From Thermoanaerobaculia bacterium (GTDB taxonomy: Bacteria; Acidobacteriota; Thermoanaerobaculia; UBA5066), in contig JBBRRY010000017.1 in assembly GCA_038245905.1 (NCBI GenBank), positions 7,793 to 71,792 of the forward strand: 64,000 nucleotides of DNA. The letters run 5' to 3'. How positions within the stretch are numbered: the first letter of the stretch is position 1; each line of letters begins with the position of its first letter. The notes under the pieces were generated by a model. That model did not search any database. It saw nothing but the letters and a program-made list of their open reading frames with translations, and was not told the DNA's origin. Positions 48,020 through 56,343 of this stretch are shown here, one piece after another. The position numbers and the translations under genes were made by a program.

Positions 48020-48917
48020 GACCCTCGGCGAGACGGACGGGCTCCGGCAGGCCGAGGGCGGCCCGCCCTTTCGCGACGTCGAGGACGCTCCGGCGCTGCT
48101 CTCCAGGCTTGGCGGCCTCGTGCGGGGCCTTCGCGGAGGAGCCGCAGGACCGCACGACTTCGTCCCAGAGGGCGTTTACGTTCGTCTCGACGCCGGTCCC
48201 GACGTTGTAAACGCCCGCGAGGCGCTTCGAGGCCGCCGCGCGGTTTGCGGAGACGACGTCCCCGACGTAGACGAAGTCGCGGGAGTTGAGGCCGTCGCCG
48301 TAGATGACGCAGGGCTTTCCTTGGAGGAGGCGCGCCATCCAGATCCCGACGACGCCGGCCTCGCCCCGCCCGTCCTGGCGCGGGCCGTAGACGTTCGCGT
48401 AGCGGAGGGCCGTCACGAGAAGCGGCGTCCCGTGCGCGAGGCCGAAGAGATACTTCTCGCCCGCGAGCTTCGCGACGCCATAGGGCGACACGGGGTTCGT
48501 CGCGTGGCTCTCGTCGGCGGCGAATCCCTCGGGGTCGCCGTAGATCGCGCCGCCGCTGGAGGCGAAGATGATCTGCGTGACACCTGCCTCGATCGCAGCC
48601 TTGGCGATGCGGATCGTCCCGAGGACGTTGACCTCCGCGTCGAAGACGGGATCCTCGACCGATTTGCGCACGTCGATCTGCGCGGCATGGTGGACGATCG
48701 TGTCGATCTTCTCGGCTTCGAGGAGAGCCGCGAAATCGAAGTTCCGGATATCGCCTTCGACGAAACGGGCCGGGCCGGGGAGACGCGATGCCTGGCCCGT
48801 CGAGAGATCGTCGAGGATGACGACCCGCTTGCCTTCGGCCAGGAAGGCGTCGGCGAGATGGGAGCCGATGAAACCGGCTCCGCCGGTGACGAGGACGGAA
48901 CGCGTCTCGGGCATCAT
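47973..48917 (-). CDS. NAD-dependent epimerase/dehydratase (UDP-glucose 4-epimerase-like)
   Basis: Start MMPETRSVLVTGGAGFIGSHL (Rossmann fold). YGVAKLAGE (YxxxK). Confidence 0.88.
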   Translation of the reverse strand: MMPETRSVLVTGGAGFIGSHLADAFLAEGKRVVILDDLSTGQASRLPGPARFVEGDIRNFDFAALLEAEKIDTIVHHAAQIDVRKSVEDPVFDAEVNVLGTIRIAKAAIEAGVTQIIFASSGGAIYGDPEGFAADESHATNPVSPYGVAKLAGEKYLFGLAHGTPLLVTALRYANVYGPRQDGRGEAGVVGIWMARLLQGKPCVIYGDGLNSRDFVYVGDVVSANRAAASKRLAGVYNVGTGVETNVNALWDEVVRSCGSSAKAPHEAAKPGEQRRSVLDVAKGRAALGLPEPVRLAEGLRRTAAWFREASSRA

Positions 48918-48933
48918 GGGTGTGGAGGATAGC

Positions 48934-49551
48934 GTGCCCTCTCGCCGACCGCTCCCCGCCACCTTTTTCCGCCGCGACACCGAGGTCATCGCGCGTGATC
49001 TCCTGGGCTGCCGGCTCACGCGGCGGCTGCCCGACGGCACCACGCGATCCGTGATCCTGGTCGAAACGGAGGCCTATCTCGGCGTGAAGGACCGCGCGGC
49101 GCACACGTGGAACGGCCGTCGTACCGCCCGCGTCGAGCCGATGTGGGGGGCGGGCGGCCACGCGTACGTCTATTTCGTCTACGGGATGCACTTCTGCATG
49201 AACGTCGTAGCGGGCGAAGAAGGGATTCCGGAGGCGGTCTTGCTGAGAGCGGGGATTCCGGAGGGAGAAGAGAAGGTTTCTTTGAAGGTGAATAGGGGAG
49301 GGGAGGCGTCCGGGCCCGCGAAGCTGTGCGCCTATCTGGGCGTGACCACCGCGCTGTCCGGCGCCTCGCTCTCCGGCCCCGAGCTGGTCCTCTCGCGCGG
49401 GCCGCGTCGGCGGTTCTCGATCGTCGCCGGGCCGCGCGTGGGCGTGGACTACGCGGGGGAGGCCGCGGCGTGGCCGCTGCGCTTCGCGATGGCCGGGTGC
49501 AAGGCCGTGACGAAGCCCAAGGGGCTCCGTCCTTTCCGTGTCATCGCATGA
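48934..49551 (+). CDS. DNA-3-methyladenine glycosylase (MPG/AAG family)
   Basis: FFRRDTEVIARDLLG, ETEAYLG and YFVYGMHFCMNVV motifs. GTG at 48934 has a GGAGGA SD sequence 5 nt upstream; ATG 48916 is also possible. Contains repeat copy O. Confidence 0.85.
   Translation: MPSRRPLPATFFRRDTEVIARDLLGCRLTRRLPDGTTRSVILVETEAYLGVKDRAAHTWNGRRTARVEPMWGAGGHAYVYFVYGMHFCMNVVAGEEGIPEAVLLRAGIPEGEEKVSLKVNRGGEASGPAKLCAYLGVTTALSGASLSGPELVLSRGPRRRFSIVAGPRVGVDYAGEAAAWPLRFAMAGCKAVTKPKGLRPFRVIA
49251..49306 (-). repeat. CT-rich dispersed element, copy O (in the MPG glycosylase gene, reverse; encodes GIPEGEEKVSLKVNRGGE)
   Basis: GGGGATTCCGGAGGGAGAAGAGAAGGTTTCTTTGAAGGTGAATAGGGGAGGGGAGG. The core TAG is changed to TTG in the reading frame. 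Confidence 0.7.
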
Positions 49552-50383
49552 TCGCGATGACGTCGAAGAACGGAGCCGCGAGCCTCTCGTCCCCGCTCAC
49601 GGTGGTACGGCGTCTCGCCTCCTCGCGCGAGAGGCCGCCCGTGAGGATCCGCCACGCGGTCTCGCCGCCCATCGCGATGCGGGCCTTCGGCGAATCCGCG
49701 GGGCCTCTCTCGAGGAGCCAGGTGCGTCCCTCGCGGCGCAGCGCATAGACGCGGTCGACTGGCGACTGGGTCGCGATCTCGAGGGACTCGCCGTCGCTCG
49801 CGGCGACGTCCCGATACGTGAACGGCAAGGCGCGGGCGAACGTGTCCATTACGGGCCCCGCGTAGCGCGCTTCCAGAAGAAGCGGAATCCCTGCGGCGAG
49901 ACGGATCTGCTGTTGGTGGTGCCAGTGCTCGGTGAAATCCCGCGCGAGGTCGAACCATGCGGCCGACCGCGCCTCGCCGGCCCACGACACCGCGAAGACC
50001 GCGAACCCGAAGGGGTCCGTCGCGCGCGCGGTCTCCGCGAGGCGAGGGGCGGCCCATTCGAGGAGCTCGATCAGGACGCGAGGACTGAGCCGGCGGCTCG
50101 TCTCGACGAAGCCCGCGTTCAGGCCGTTCAAGAAGCGCACGAGGTCGTCATACCCCCGAATCGGGGTGCCCGGCGGCGGAGGCACGTGCCCGTCGCGCTG
50201 CGCCGAGATGCGGCGGAGCTGGCCGTCGAGGATGTGCGCGACGATCTCCTTGACGCGCCAGAGGCGGCTCGTCGTCGGGAGATCCCACGCGCCTGCCGGG
50301 AGGCCGCGGAGGACGCCGAGGAGCTCCTCCTGGAGCGGAAGGAACAAGTCCTGGACGAGCGTTGGGGCCAGCGGTCCTGCCAT
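49541..50383 (-). CDS. DinB/maleylpyruvate-isomerase-like metal-dependent protein
   Basis: N-terminus WRVKEIVAHILDGQLRR resembles the DinB/MDMPI fold. ATG at 50383 lies 2 nt after the upstream stop. Confidence 0.55.
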   Translation of the reverse strand: MAGPLAPTLVQDLFLPLQEELLGVLRGLPAGAWDLPTTSRLWRVKEIVAHILDGQLRRISAQRDGHVPPPPGTPIRGYDDLVRFLNGLNAGFVETSRRLSPRVLIELLEWAAPRLAETARATDPFGFAVFAVSWAGEARSAAWFDLARDFTEHWHHQQQIRLAAGIPLLLEARYAGPVMDTFARALPFTYRDVAASDGESLEIATQSPVDRVYALRREGRTWLLERGPADSPKARIAMGGETAWRILTGGLSREEARRRTTVSGDERLAAPFFDVIAIMR

Positions 50384-50385
50384 GC

Positions 50386-52101
50386 TTACAGGGTCTTGAG
50401 ATCGGCGAGCGCCGAGGCGGTCACGAGGCAGTTCTTTCCGCTGCGCTTCGCCTGATAGAGGGCCTGGTCGGCGCGCTCGACGAGGAGGCGCTTCGTGCCC
50501 GCGTCCTCCGGGAAGCACGAAAGGCCGAGCGAAATCGTCACGCCGAGAGCGTGATCGAGATTCGGTGCGACGAAGAGGCGTCCGGCCACGCGATTGCGGA
50601 GGCGGTCGGCGACGACCCAGGCCTTCGCAGGCGTCGTTTCGGGAAAGATGAGCGCGAATTCCTCTCCGCCGTACCGGGCGACCGTGTCCATCTCACGCAC
50701 GCCCTTGGTCAGCTCCTCGACGAGCCCGCGCAGCACGAGGTCTCCGACGGGGTGTCCCCAGCGATCGTTGATCTTCTTGAAGTCGTCGATGTCGAGCATG
50801 ACGAGGGCGAGCGGCTGACCGCTCCGCTCGTGGCGGGCGAGCTCGCGGGCAAGCGTCTCCTGGAAGTAACGGTGGTTGAACGCCTCGGTCAGAGAGTCGC
50901 GCACCGACATCTGCCGGGTCGTCTCGTAGGCGCGCGCCGACTGGATCGCCGTCACGGCCTGATTCGAGAATATTTCGAGGGCCTGGACGTCCTCGAGTCG
51001 CGGCACGAGTCCGCTCCGCGGCTGGTCGACCTGAAGGACCCCGACGAGCAGGTCGCCGGCGGTGAGCGGAACGAAGAGAAGATCGTTCGGGTGCCAGGCG
51101 CCCACGGCCGTGCTGCGCCGGCGGCGCTCGATGCGGCCGGAGTCGTCGACGAGCGTGCCCACGTCCTTGCGATCGAGGTGGCTCACGAAGTACGACTTCG
51201 AGATCCGGTAGCGTTCGCCGAACCATCGCGCGATCTCCTCGCGCGCAAGTTTTCGGGGCGGTGCCCCTTGCGCCGTGTCGTCGATCCCTACCTGCGCGCG
51301 GCGTTCGAAGACGTTCTCCGCGGGGTCGAATAGGGAGAGCACGACGACCCGGTAGCCGAGGCTGTGATGGACTGCCTGCACGATGCTTTGCACGAGGTGC
51401 TCGAGGGTCAGGTGCGACTTCAGCTCGTTCGAGACTTCGAGGATGCGCTGGAGCATCTCGGCGCGCCCCTGGAGGCGCTCGTTCACGGCCTGCATCTGCC
51501 GCCTGAGGTTTCGGTCCTGAAGGGCGAGGGCCACGTGATCCGACACGACCGAGAGTTCCTGCAAGGTCTGCGGTGTCACGAGCGACGGGTCGTCCGATTC
51601 CGCGATCAGGACGCCCGCGATCAAGGCCGGAGTCTGGAGCGGCAGGAACACCTGATGGGAGAAACGCGGGTTGAGGACGAGATCGCGGTCGGGACCGCTT
51701 GCGACGCGCGGCGTGGGCGAGGCCGGAAGGAACGGTGACTCGAGATCCTTCTGCGAGGCGAGCCAGTCGAGGAACGGCCGCCGCTCGAGAGTCACGTCGC
51801 CGCCGAACGACACGAGCGCCTGGCCATCCGGGTCCTCTTCGTAGGACACGGCCGCGAGGGCGCGGATGGGGAGCGCCTGGCGGAGCGCGTCGAAGAGTCG
51901 CGCGAAGATCTCTTCTCCGGCCGCGACACTCGAGACGATGGCGGTGAGCTCGCGGAGCGTCGCAAGCTCGCGGTTCTTGCGGGACAGCTCGGTGGTGCCG
52001 GAACGGGCCTGCGCGAGCTTTCGGGTGACGACGACGACCGTGACGAGGAGTCCCAGCGCGACGGACGCGATCAGGGCGGGCGGGAGATCGAGGCTCCACA
52101 T
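50386..52101 (-). CDS. Membrane-anchored GAF-GAF-GGDEF diguanylate cyclase
   Basis: Real start MWSLDLPPALIASVALGLLVTVVVV (one TM segment). C-terminus FKKINDRWGHPVGD...RYGGEEFALIF. Upstream part of the 1020-aa track ORF rejected. Confidence 0.85.
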   Translation of the reverse strand: MWSLDLPPALIASVALGLLVTVVVVTRKLAQARSGTTELSRKNRELATLRELTAIVSSVAAGEEIFARLFDALRQALPIRALAAVSYEEDPDGQALVSFGGDVTLERRPFLDWLASQKDLESPFLPASPTPRVASGPDRDLVLNPRFSHQVFLPLQTPALIAGVLIAESDDPSLVTPQTLQELSVVSDHVALALQDRNLRRQMQAVNERLQGRAEMLQRILEVSNELKSHLTLEHLVQSIVQAVHHSLGYRVVVLSLFDPAENVFERRAQVGIDDTAQGAPPRKLAREEIARWFGERYRISKSYFVSHLDRKDVGTLVDDSGRIERRRRSTAVGAWHPNDLLFVPLTAGDLLVGVLQVDQPRSGLVPRLEDVQALEIFSNQAVTAIQSARAYETTRQMSVRDSLTEAFNHRYFQETLARELARHERSGQPLALVMLDIDDFKKINDRWGHPVGDLVLRGLVEELTKGVREMDTVARYGGEEFALIFPETTPAKAWVVADRLRNRVAGRLFVAPNLDHALGVTISLGLSCFPEDAGTKRLLVERADQALYQAKRSGKNCLVTASALADLKTL

Positions 52102-53498
52102 CACTTGAAGGTGATGATGCCGCTCTTGTGAAGCTTGTGAAAGATGCGCGTGACCTCGGCTTCGGGGAAGGGCGAGATGCGGGCGATCGAGCGCACGTCC
52201 CAGATCCCGTTGATGCGCGACACGATAAAGGCCTCGGGGGGCGTGAACGGGAAGTTCATGAGCTCTTCCATGGGTTTGCCCAGGACAGGAATGGACCCGG
52301 CGGGGATTTTGGGCAGGGGCTCGGAAGGGGGGGGCGGCGCGGCGGGGCCGGGGGAGGCTGCCGGCGCGGGGGAGGGAGGCGGCGAAGCGGGCACGCGCGC
52401 GGCCGGAGGCGCGGCGGCCGGGGAAGGTCCCGCGGTCGCGACGGTCTTGGCGGCCTTGGCGGCGGGCGGAGGCTTGACGGCCGGCACCGGCGCGGGCGGC
52501 GCCTGGGTCTTTGCGGCCTGGTCGATCTTTGCGTTGGGCAGTGTGTCCGCGCTGTCGGCGGGCCGCGGAGCCGGACGCCTCGATAGGGAGGCCCCGGAAT
52601 CGCGCTTCAGAAACTGGTTGAAGTGGGTCGGGACCGGTGTGCGGGGCCCCGGGGGGGCGAGCCGGAATTCGTCCCCGGGCACGGCGGTATGGGCACTCTC
52701 GGGAATCGAGTGCAGATCGCCCGACATCAGCGGGTCGAACGAGGACGAATCCTCCTCGATCGGCTCGATCTCGGCGAACACGGACTCGGTGGGCGCCTCC
52801 TCGCGTTCGCCCACGATCATCACGTGGCCCGTGAGCATGAGGTCGTAGATCAGCTTGGCGACGTGGAAGTCCGGATTGTGGGTCTCGAGTGCGATCTGAT
52901 CGATCGCGCGCCGGCCGTTCGTCGCGCCGAGGATCATCTTGTCGCGCTCGGGGAGCTCTTCCTCGACCGGCATCACGACCACGGGAATGACGCGCATCGT
53001 GGGGATACGGGTTTTGATGCGTTGCCACTCGTCGTAACGGCGGAGGCCCTCCATCACGATGCCCGTGACGTCGGAGGAGATCGGGACCATGGGAAGGCTC
53101 GGGATCTCGCCGTCGATGAACGCGAAGGAGCCTTCGGTCCACAGGAAAATGTCGTAGATCGTCTCGGCGGCCTTCAGGCGGACGAGGTCCGCGAGCTCCT
53201 CTTCCTTGATGGCGCCGATCATGACGAGAATCTTGCCGAGGAGGATGCGAGATTCCTGCTGGACCTCCAGCGCGCGGATGAGCTCTTCCTCGGTAATGAA
53301 CCCGAAACCAACGAGAAAGCGGCCGAGGTGCTCGCGCTCGAGCGTGGACGAGGAGGACGTGACCCGGCCGTTGTTGAAGTAGATGCGCTTCTCGCCGGGC
53401 GCACCGCGCACGACGAGCGTTCCGGTCTTGAGGCCCGTCGAGAGCCACTGGAGCAGCTCCGACAACTGCATCGTGCGCAGATTTCCTGCGATGGCCAT
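52101..53498 (-). CDS. DUF4388 (PATAN-like) domain protein with Pro/Ala-rich linker
   Basis: MAIAGNLRTMQLSELLQWLSTGLKTGTLVV...RIYFNNGRV is typical of DUF4388. Its stop overlaps the start of the GGDEF gene by 1 nt. Confidence 0.7.
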   Translation of the reverse strand: MAIAGNLRTMQLSELLQWLSTGLKTGTLVVRGAPGEKRIYFNNGRVTSSSSTLEREHLGRFLVGFGFITEEELIRALEVQQESRILLGKILVMIGAIKEEELADLVRLKAAETIYDIFLWTEGSFAFIDGEIPSLPMVPISSDVTGIVMEGLRRYDEWQRIKTRIPTMRVIPVVVMPVEEELPERDKMILGATNGRRAIDQIALETHNPDFHVAKLIYDLMLTGHVMIVGEREEAPTESVFAEIEPIEEDSSSFDPLMSGDLHSIPESAHTAVPGDEFRLAPPGPRTPVPTHFNQFLKRDSGASLSRRPAPRPADSADTLPNAKIDQAAKTQAPPAPVPAVKPPPAAKAAKTVATAGPSPAAAPPAARVPASPPPSPAPAASPGPAAPPPPSEPLPKIPAGSIPVLGKPMEELMNFPFTPPEAFIVSRINGIWDVRSIARISPFPEAEVTRIFHKLHKSGIITFK

Positions 53499-53539
53499 GC
53501 GGGGCGATTGTAACCCGTAAGCACCTGACGGGAGCGGAT

Positions 53540-54727
53540 TTACTCCATCGGAGGGTTGTACGAGGGGATCCCCGTCACGGCCTGCCCGAGCACGAGCGTG
53601 TGGATGTCGTGCGTGCCTTCGTATGTGAAGACCGACTCGATGTTCGCGAGATGCCGGAAGACGGGGTACTCGCCCGCAATGCCGTTCGCGCCGAGGATCT
53701 CGCGCGCGAGCTTCGCGCACTCGCGCGCGACCCACACGTTGTTCCGTTTCACCATGGACACGTGCTCGGGCTTCATCGTGCCGGCGTCCTTCATCCGCCC
53801 GAGCCGGAGCGCGAGGAGCTGGCCCTTCGTGATCTCCGTGATCATGAACGCGAACTTTGCCTGCACGAGCTGGTGCGACGCGATGGGGCGGTCTTTAAAC
53901 TGCTTGCGGCTCTTCGCGTAGTCGAGGGCGCACGTATACGTGGCCATCGCCGAGCCGAGGGCGCCCCACGAGATGCCGTACCGCGCCTGCGTCAGGCATG
54001 AGAGCGGGCCCTTCAGCCCTTCGACGCCCGGCAGGACGCTTGCCGCCGGCACGCGCACGTCCTCGAAGGCGAGCTGCGACGTGACCGAGGCGCGGAGGGA
54101 CATCTTCATCCGGTGCTCGGGCGCGGTGAACCCCTTCATGCCCTTCTCGACGAGGAACCCTCTCACGGGACCGTTCAGGTCGCCGACCTTCGCCCAGACG
54201 ACGGCGACGTCCGCAATCGAGCCGTTCGTGATCCAGGCTTTCGCGCCGTTCAGGATCCAGTCGTTCCCGTCCTTCTTCGCGACGGTGCGCATACCGGCGG
54301 GGTTCGAGCCGAAGTCCGGCTCCGTCAGGCCGAAACAGCCGATCTTCTCGCCCCTCGAGAGAGCCGGAATCCAGCGGTCCTTCTGCTCCTTCGAGCCATA
54401 CGTGAAGATCGGGTACATCACGAGCGACGACTGGACGGACACGAATGAACGCAGGCCGGAATCGCCGCGCTCGAGCTCTTCCGTGATGAGCCCGTATGCG
54501 ACGTTGTTCAGGCCCGGCAGGCCGTACTCCGAGATCGTGGAACCGAAGAGGTTCAGCGCGGCCATCTTCGGGATCAGCTCTTTCGGGAACCGCCCCTCGT
54601 AGGCGCACGCTTCGATGATGGGAAGGATGTACTCATCCACGAAGCTGCGCACGAGGTCGCGCACGGCTCGCTCGTCGTCCGAGAGCATGTCTTCGATGCC
54701 CAGAAAGTCGACTCCTGAAAAGCTCAC
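53540..54727 (-). CDS. gcdH: Acyl-CoA dehydrogenase, glutaryl-CoA dehydrogenase-like
   Basis: GCFGLTEPDFGSNPAGMRT and YEGTHDIHTLVLG motifs. GGAGG SD sequence upstream. Confidence 0.8.
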   Translation of the reverse strand: MSFSGVDFLGIEDMLSDDERAVRDLVRSFVDEYILPIIEACAYEGRFPKELIPKMAALNLFGSTISEYGLPGLNNVAYGLITEELERGDSGLRSFVSVQSSLVMYPIFTYGSKEQKDRWIPALSRGEKIGCFGLTEPDFGSNPAGMRTVAKKDGNDWILNGAKAWITNGSIADVAVVWAKVGDLNGPVRGFLVEKGMKGFTAPEHRMKMSLRASVTSQLAFEDVRVPAASVLPGVEGLKGPLSCLTQARYGISWGALGSAMATYTCALDYAKSRKQFKDRPIASHQLVQAKFAFMITEITKGQLLALRLGRMKDAGTMKPEHVSMVKRNNVWVARECAKLAREILGANGIAGEYPVFRHLANIESVFTYEGTHDIHTLVLGQAVTGIPSYNPPME

Positions 54728-54777
54728 GGTTCCTCCAGCGGCCGAAGAGTATCGGCTCCCGGTGCTAATGTCTCCTC

Positions 54778-55035
54778 ATGGCGAATCCTGCGTGGAAGGT
54801 GGCGGCGGACGTGGCGGAGGGTTACGTCTCGCTCAACCCGGTTGTCTTGAAGAAGTACGAGAAGCACGAGGTGGACGTGCTTCTCAAGGAGCTCGAGAAG
54901 CTCACGCGGGACACGCGCTCACAGGTCGTGCCCCAGGACGACGCAGAGGCTAGCGCGACCCGAAGCCGCAGGCTGCTTCGACTCTCGCAGGCGAACGTCG
55001 TCCTTCAGAGCTGGCGAATGAGGATGCTGAAGTGA
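54778..55035 (+). CDS. Small hypothetical protein, translationally coupled to asnS
   Basis: 85 aa. Coding-like composition, and GTGATG overlap with the asnS start. No homology recognised. Confidence 0.4.
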   Translation: MANPAWKVAADVAEGYVSLNPVVLKKYEKHEVDVLLKELEKLTRDTRSQVVPQDDAEASATRSRRLLRLSQANVVLQSWRMRMLK

Positions 55036-56321
55036 TGATTTCGGAGCTGCCCGGCCACGTGGGCGAGACCGTCCGCCTCAAGGGGTGGCTCTACAACTGG
55101 CGCAAGGGCGGGAAGATCTGGTTCCTCGTGCTGCGCGACGGCAGCGGATATCTCCAATGCGTCGTCTCGAAGGCGGATGTCGCGGAGGCCGTCTGGGAGG
55201 CCGCGACGAGCGCGACCCAGGAGTCCACGCTCGAAGTGACCGGCGTCGTGAAGTCAGACGCGCGCTCGGTAGGCGGCGTCGAGCTGGGCGTCGCGGACGT
55301 AAAGATCCTCGACCTCTGCCACGACTGGCCGATCACGCCGAAGGAGCATGGCGTCGACTTCCTCATGTCGCAGCGCCACCTCTGGCTGCGCTCGTCGAGG
55401 CAGGTCGCCGTCCTCAAGGTTCGGAGCGAAGTCGAGAGCGCGATCCACGACTTTTTCTATTCGCGCGGTTTCACGCGCCTCGATTCGCCCATCCTGACGC
55501 CGGCGGCGTGCGAGGGCACGTCGAACCTGTTCGAAACGCAGTACACGGAGGACGAGAAGGCCTATCTTTCGCAATCCGGCCAGCTCTACCTCGAGCCCGC
55601 GGCCGCCGCGCTCGGGAAGGTCTACTGCTTCGGGCCGACGTTCCGGGCCGAGAAGTCCAAGACGCGCCGGCACCTGCGCGAGTTCTGGATGGTCGAGCCC
55701 GAGGTCGCTTTTCTCGAGATCGAAGGGCTGATGGACCTCGCCGAGGAGTTCGTCAAGGAGCTCACGGCCCGCGTTCTCGACCGCCGGAAGGAAGATCTCA
55801 AGCGGCTCGAGCGCGACGTCGCGAAGCTCGAGGTCGTCACGGCGAAGAAGTTTCCGCGTATCTCCTATCGCGAGGCGGTCGAGATCCTCCAGAAGAAGGG
55901 CTTCCCGGTGAAGTTCGGTGACGACCTCGGCGGAGACGAAGAGACCGCGCTCACCGAGGGTTTCGACACACCGGTCATGGTCACGCGCTACCCGACGTCC
56001 ATCAAGGCGTTCTACATGCAGCCCGATCCGGAGGATCCCGAGGTCGTGCTCGGGCTCGACATGCTCGCGCCCGAGGGCTACGGCGAGATCATCGGCGGGT
56101 CGCAGCGCATCCATGACCACGATCTCCTGCTCTCGCGCATCCAGCAGCACAACCTGCCGCTCGAGGCCTTCCAGTGGTACCTCGACGTCCGGAAGTACGG
56201 CACCTTCCCGCACTCGGGCTTCGGCATGGGCCTCGAGCGCTTCGTCGCCTGGATGTGCGGCGTCCCGCACCTCCGTGAGTGCATCCCGTACCCGCGGATG
56301 CTGTACCGGATCTACCCGTAG
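55032..56321 (+). CDS. asnS: Asparagine--tRNA ligase
   Basis: Class IIb motifs [21 protein letters not shown] and GGSQRIHD...[12 protein letters not shown]. Confidence 0.9.
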   Translation: MMISELPGHVGETVRLKGWLYNWRKGGKIWFLVLRDGSGYLQCVVSKADVAEAVWEAATSATQESTLEVTGVVKSDARSVGGVELGVADVKILDLCHDWPITPKEHGVDFLMSQRHLWLRSSRQVAVLKVRSEVESAIHDFFYSRGFTRLDSPILTPAACEGTSNLFETQYTEDEKAYLSQSGQLYLEPAAAALGKVYCFGPTFRAEKSKTRRHLREFWMVEPEVAFLEIEGLMDLAEEFVKELTARVLDRRKEDLKRLERDVAKLEVVTAKKFPRISYREAVEILQKKGFPVKFGDDLGGDEETALTEGFDTPVMVTRYPTSIKAFYMQPDPEDPEVVLGLDMLAPEGYGEIIGGSQRIHDHDLLLSRIQQHNLPLEAFQWYLDVRKYGTFPHSGFGMGLERFVAWMCGVPHLRECIPYPRMLYRIYP

Positions 56322-56343
56322 TCGGGCGAGGACCGGCAGGACC

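Noticed and set aside
52102-53448. N-terminal 449 aa of the 1020-aa track ORF 50386..53448(-).
   Set aside because: This part is an out-of-frame read across the DUF4388 gene and is Arg/Pro/Gly-rich. The GAF-GGDEF protein has a natural start, MWSLDL..., with a TM segment at 52101, coupled to the upstream stop.
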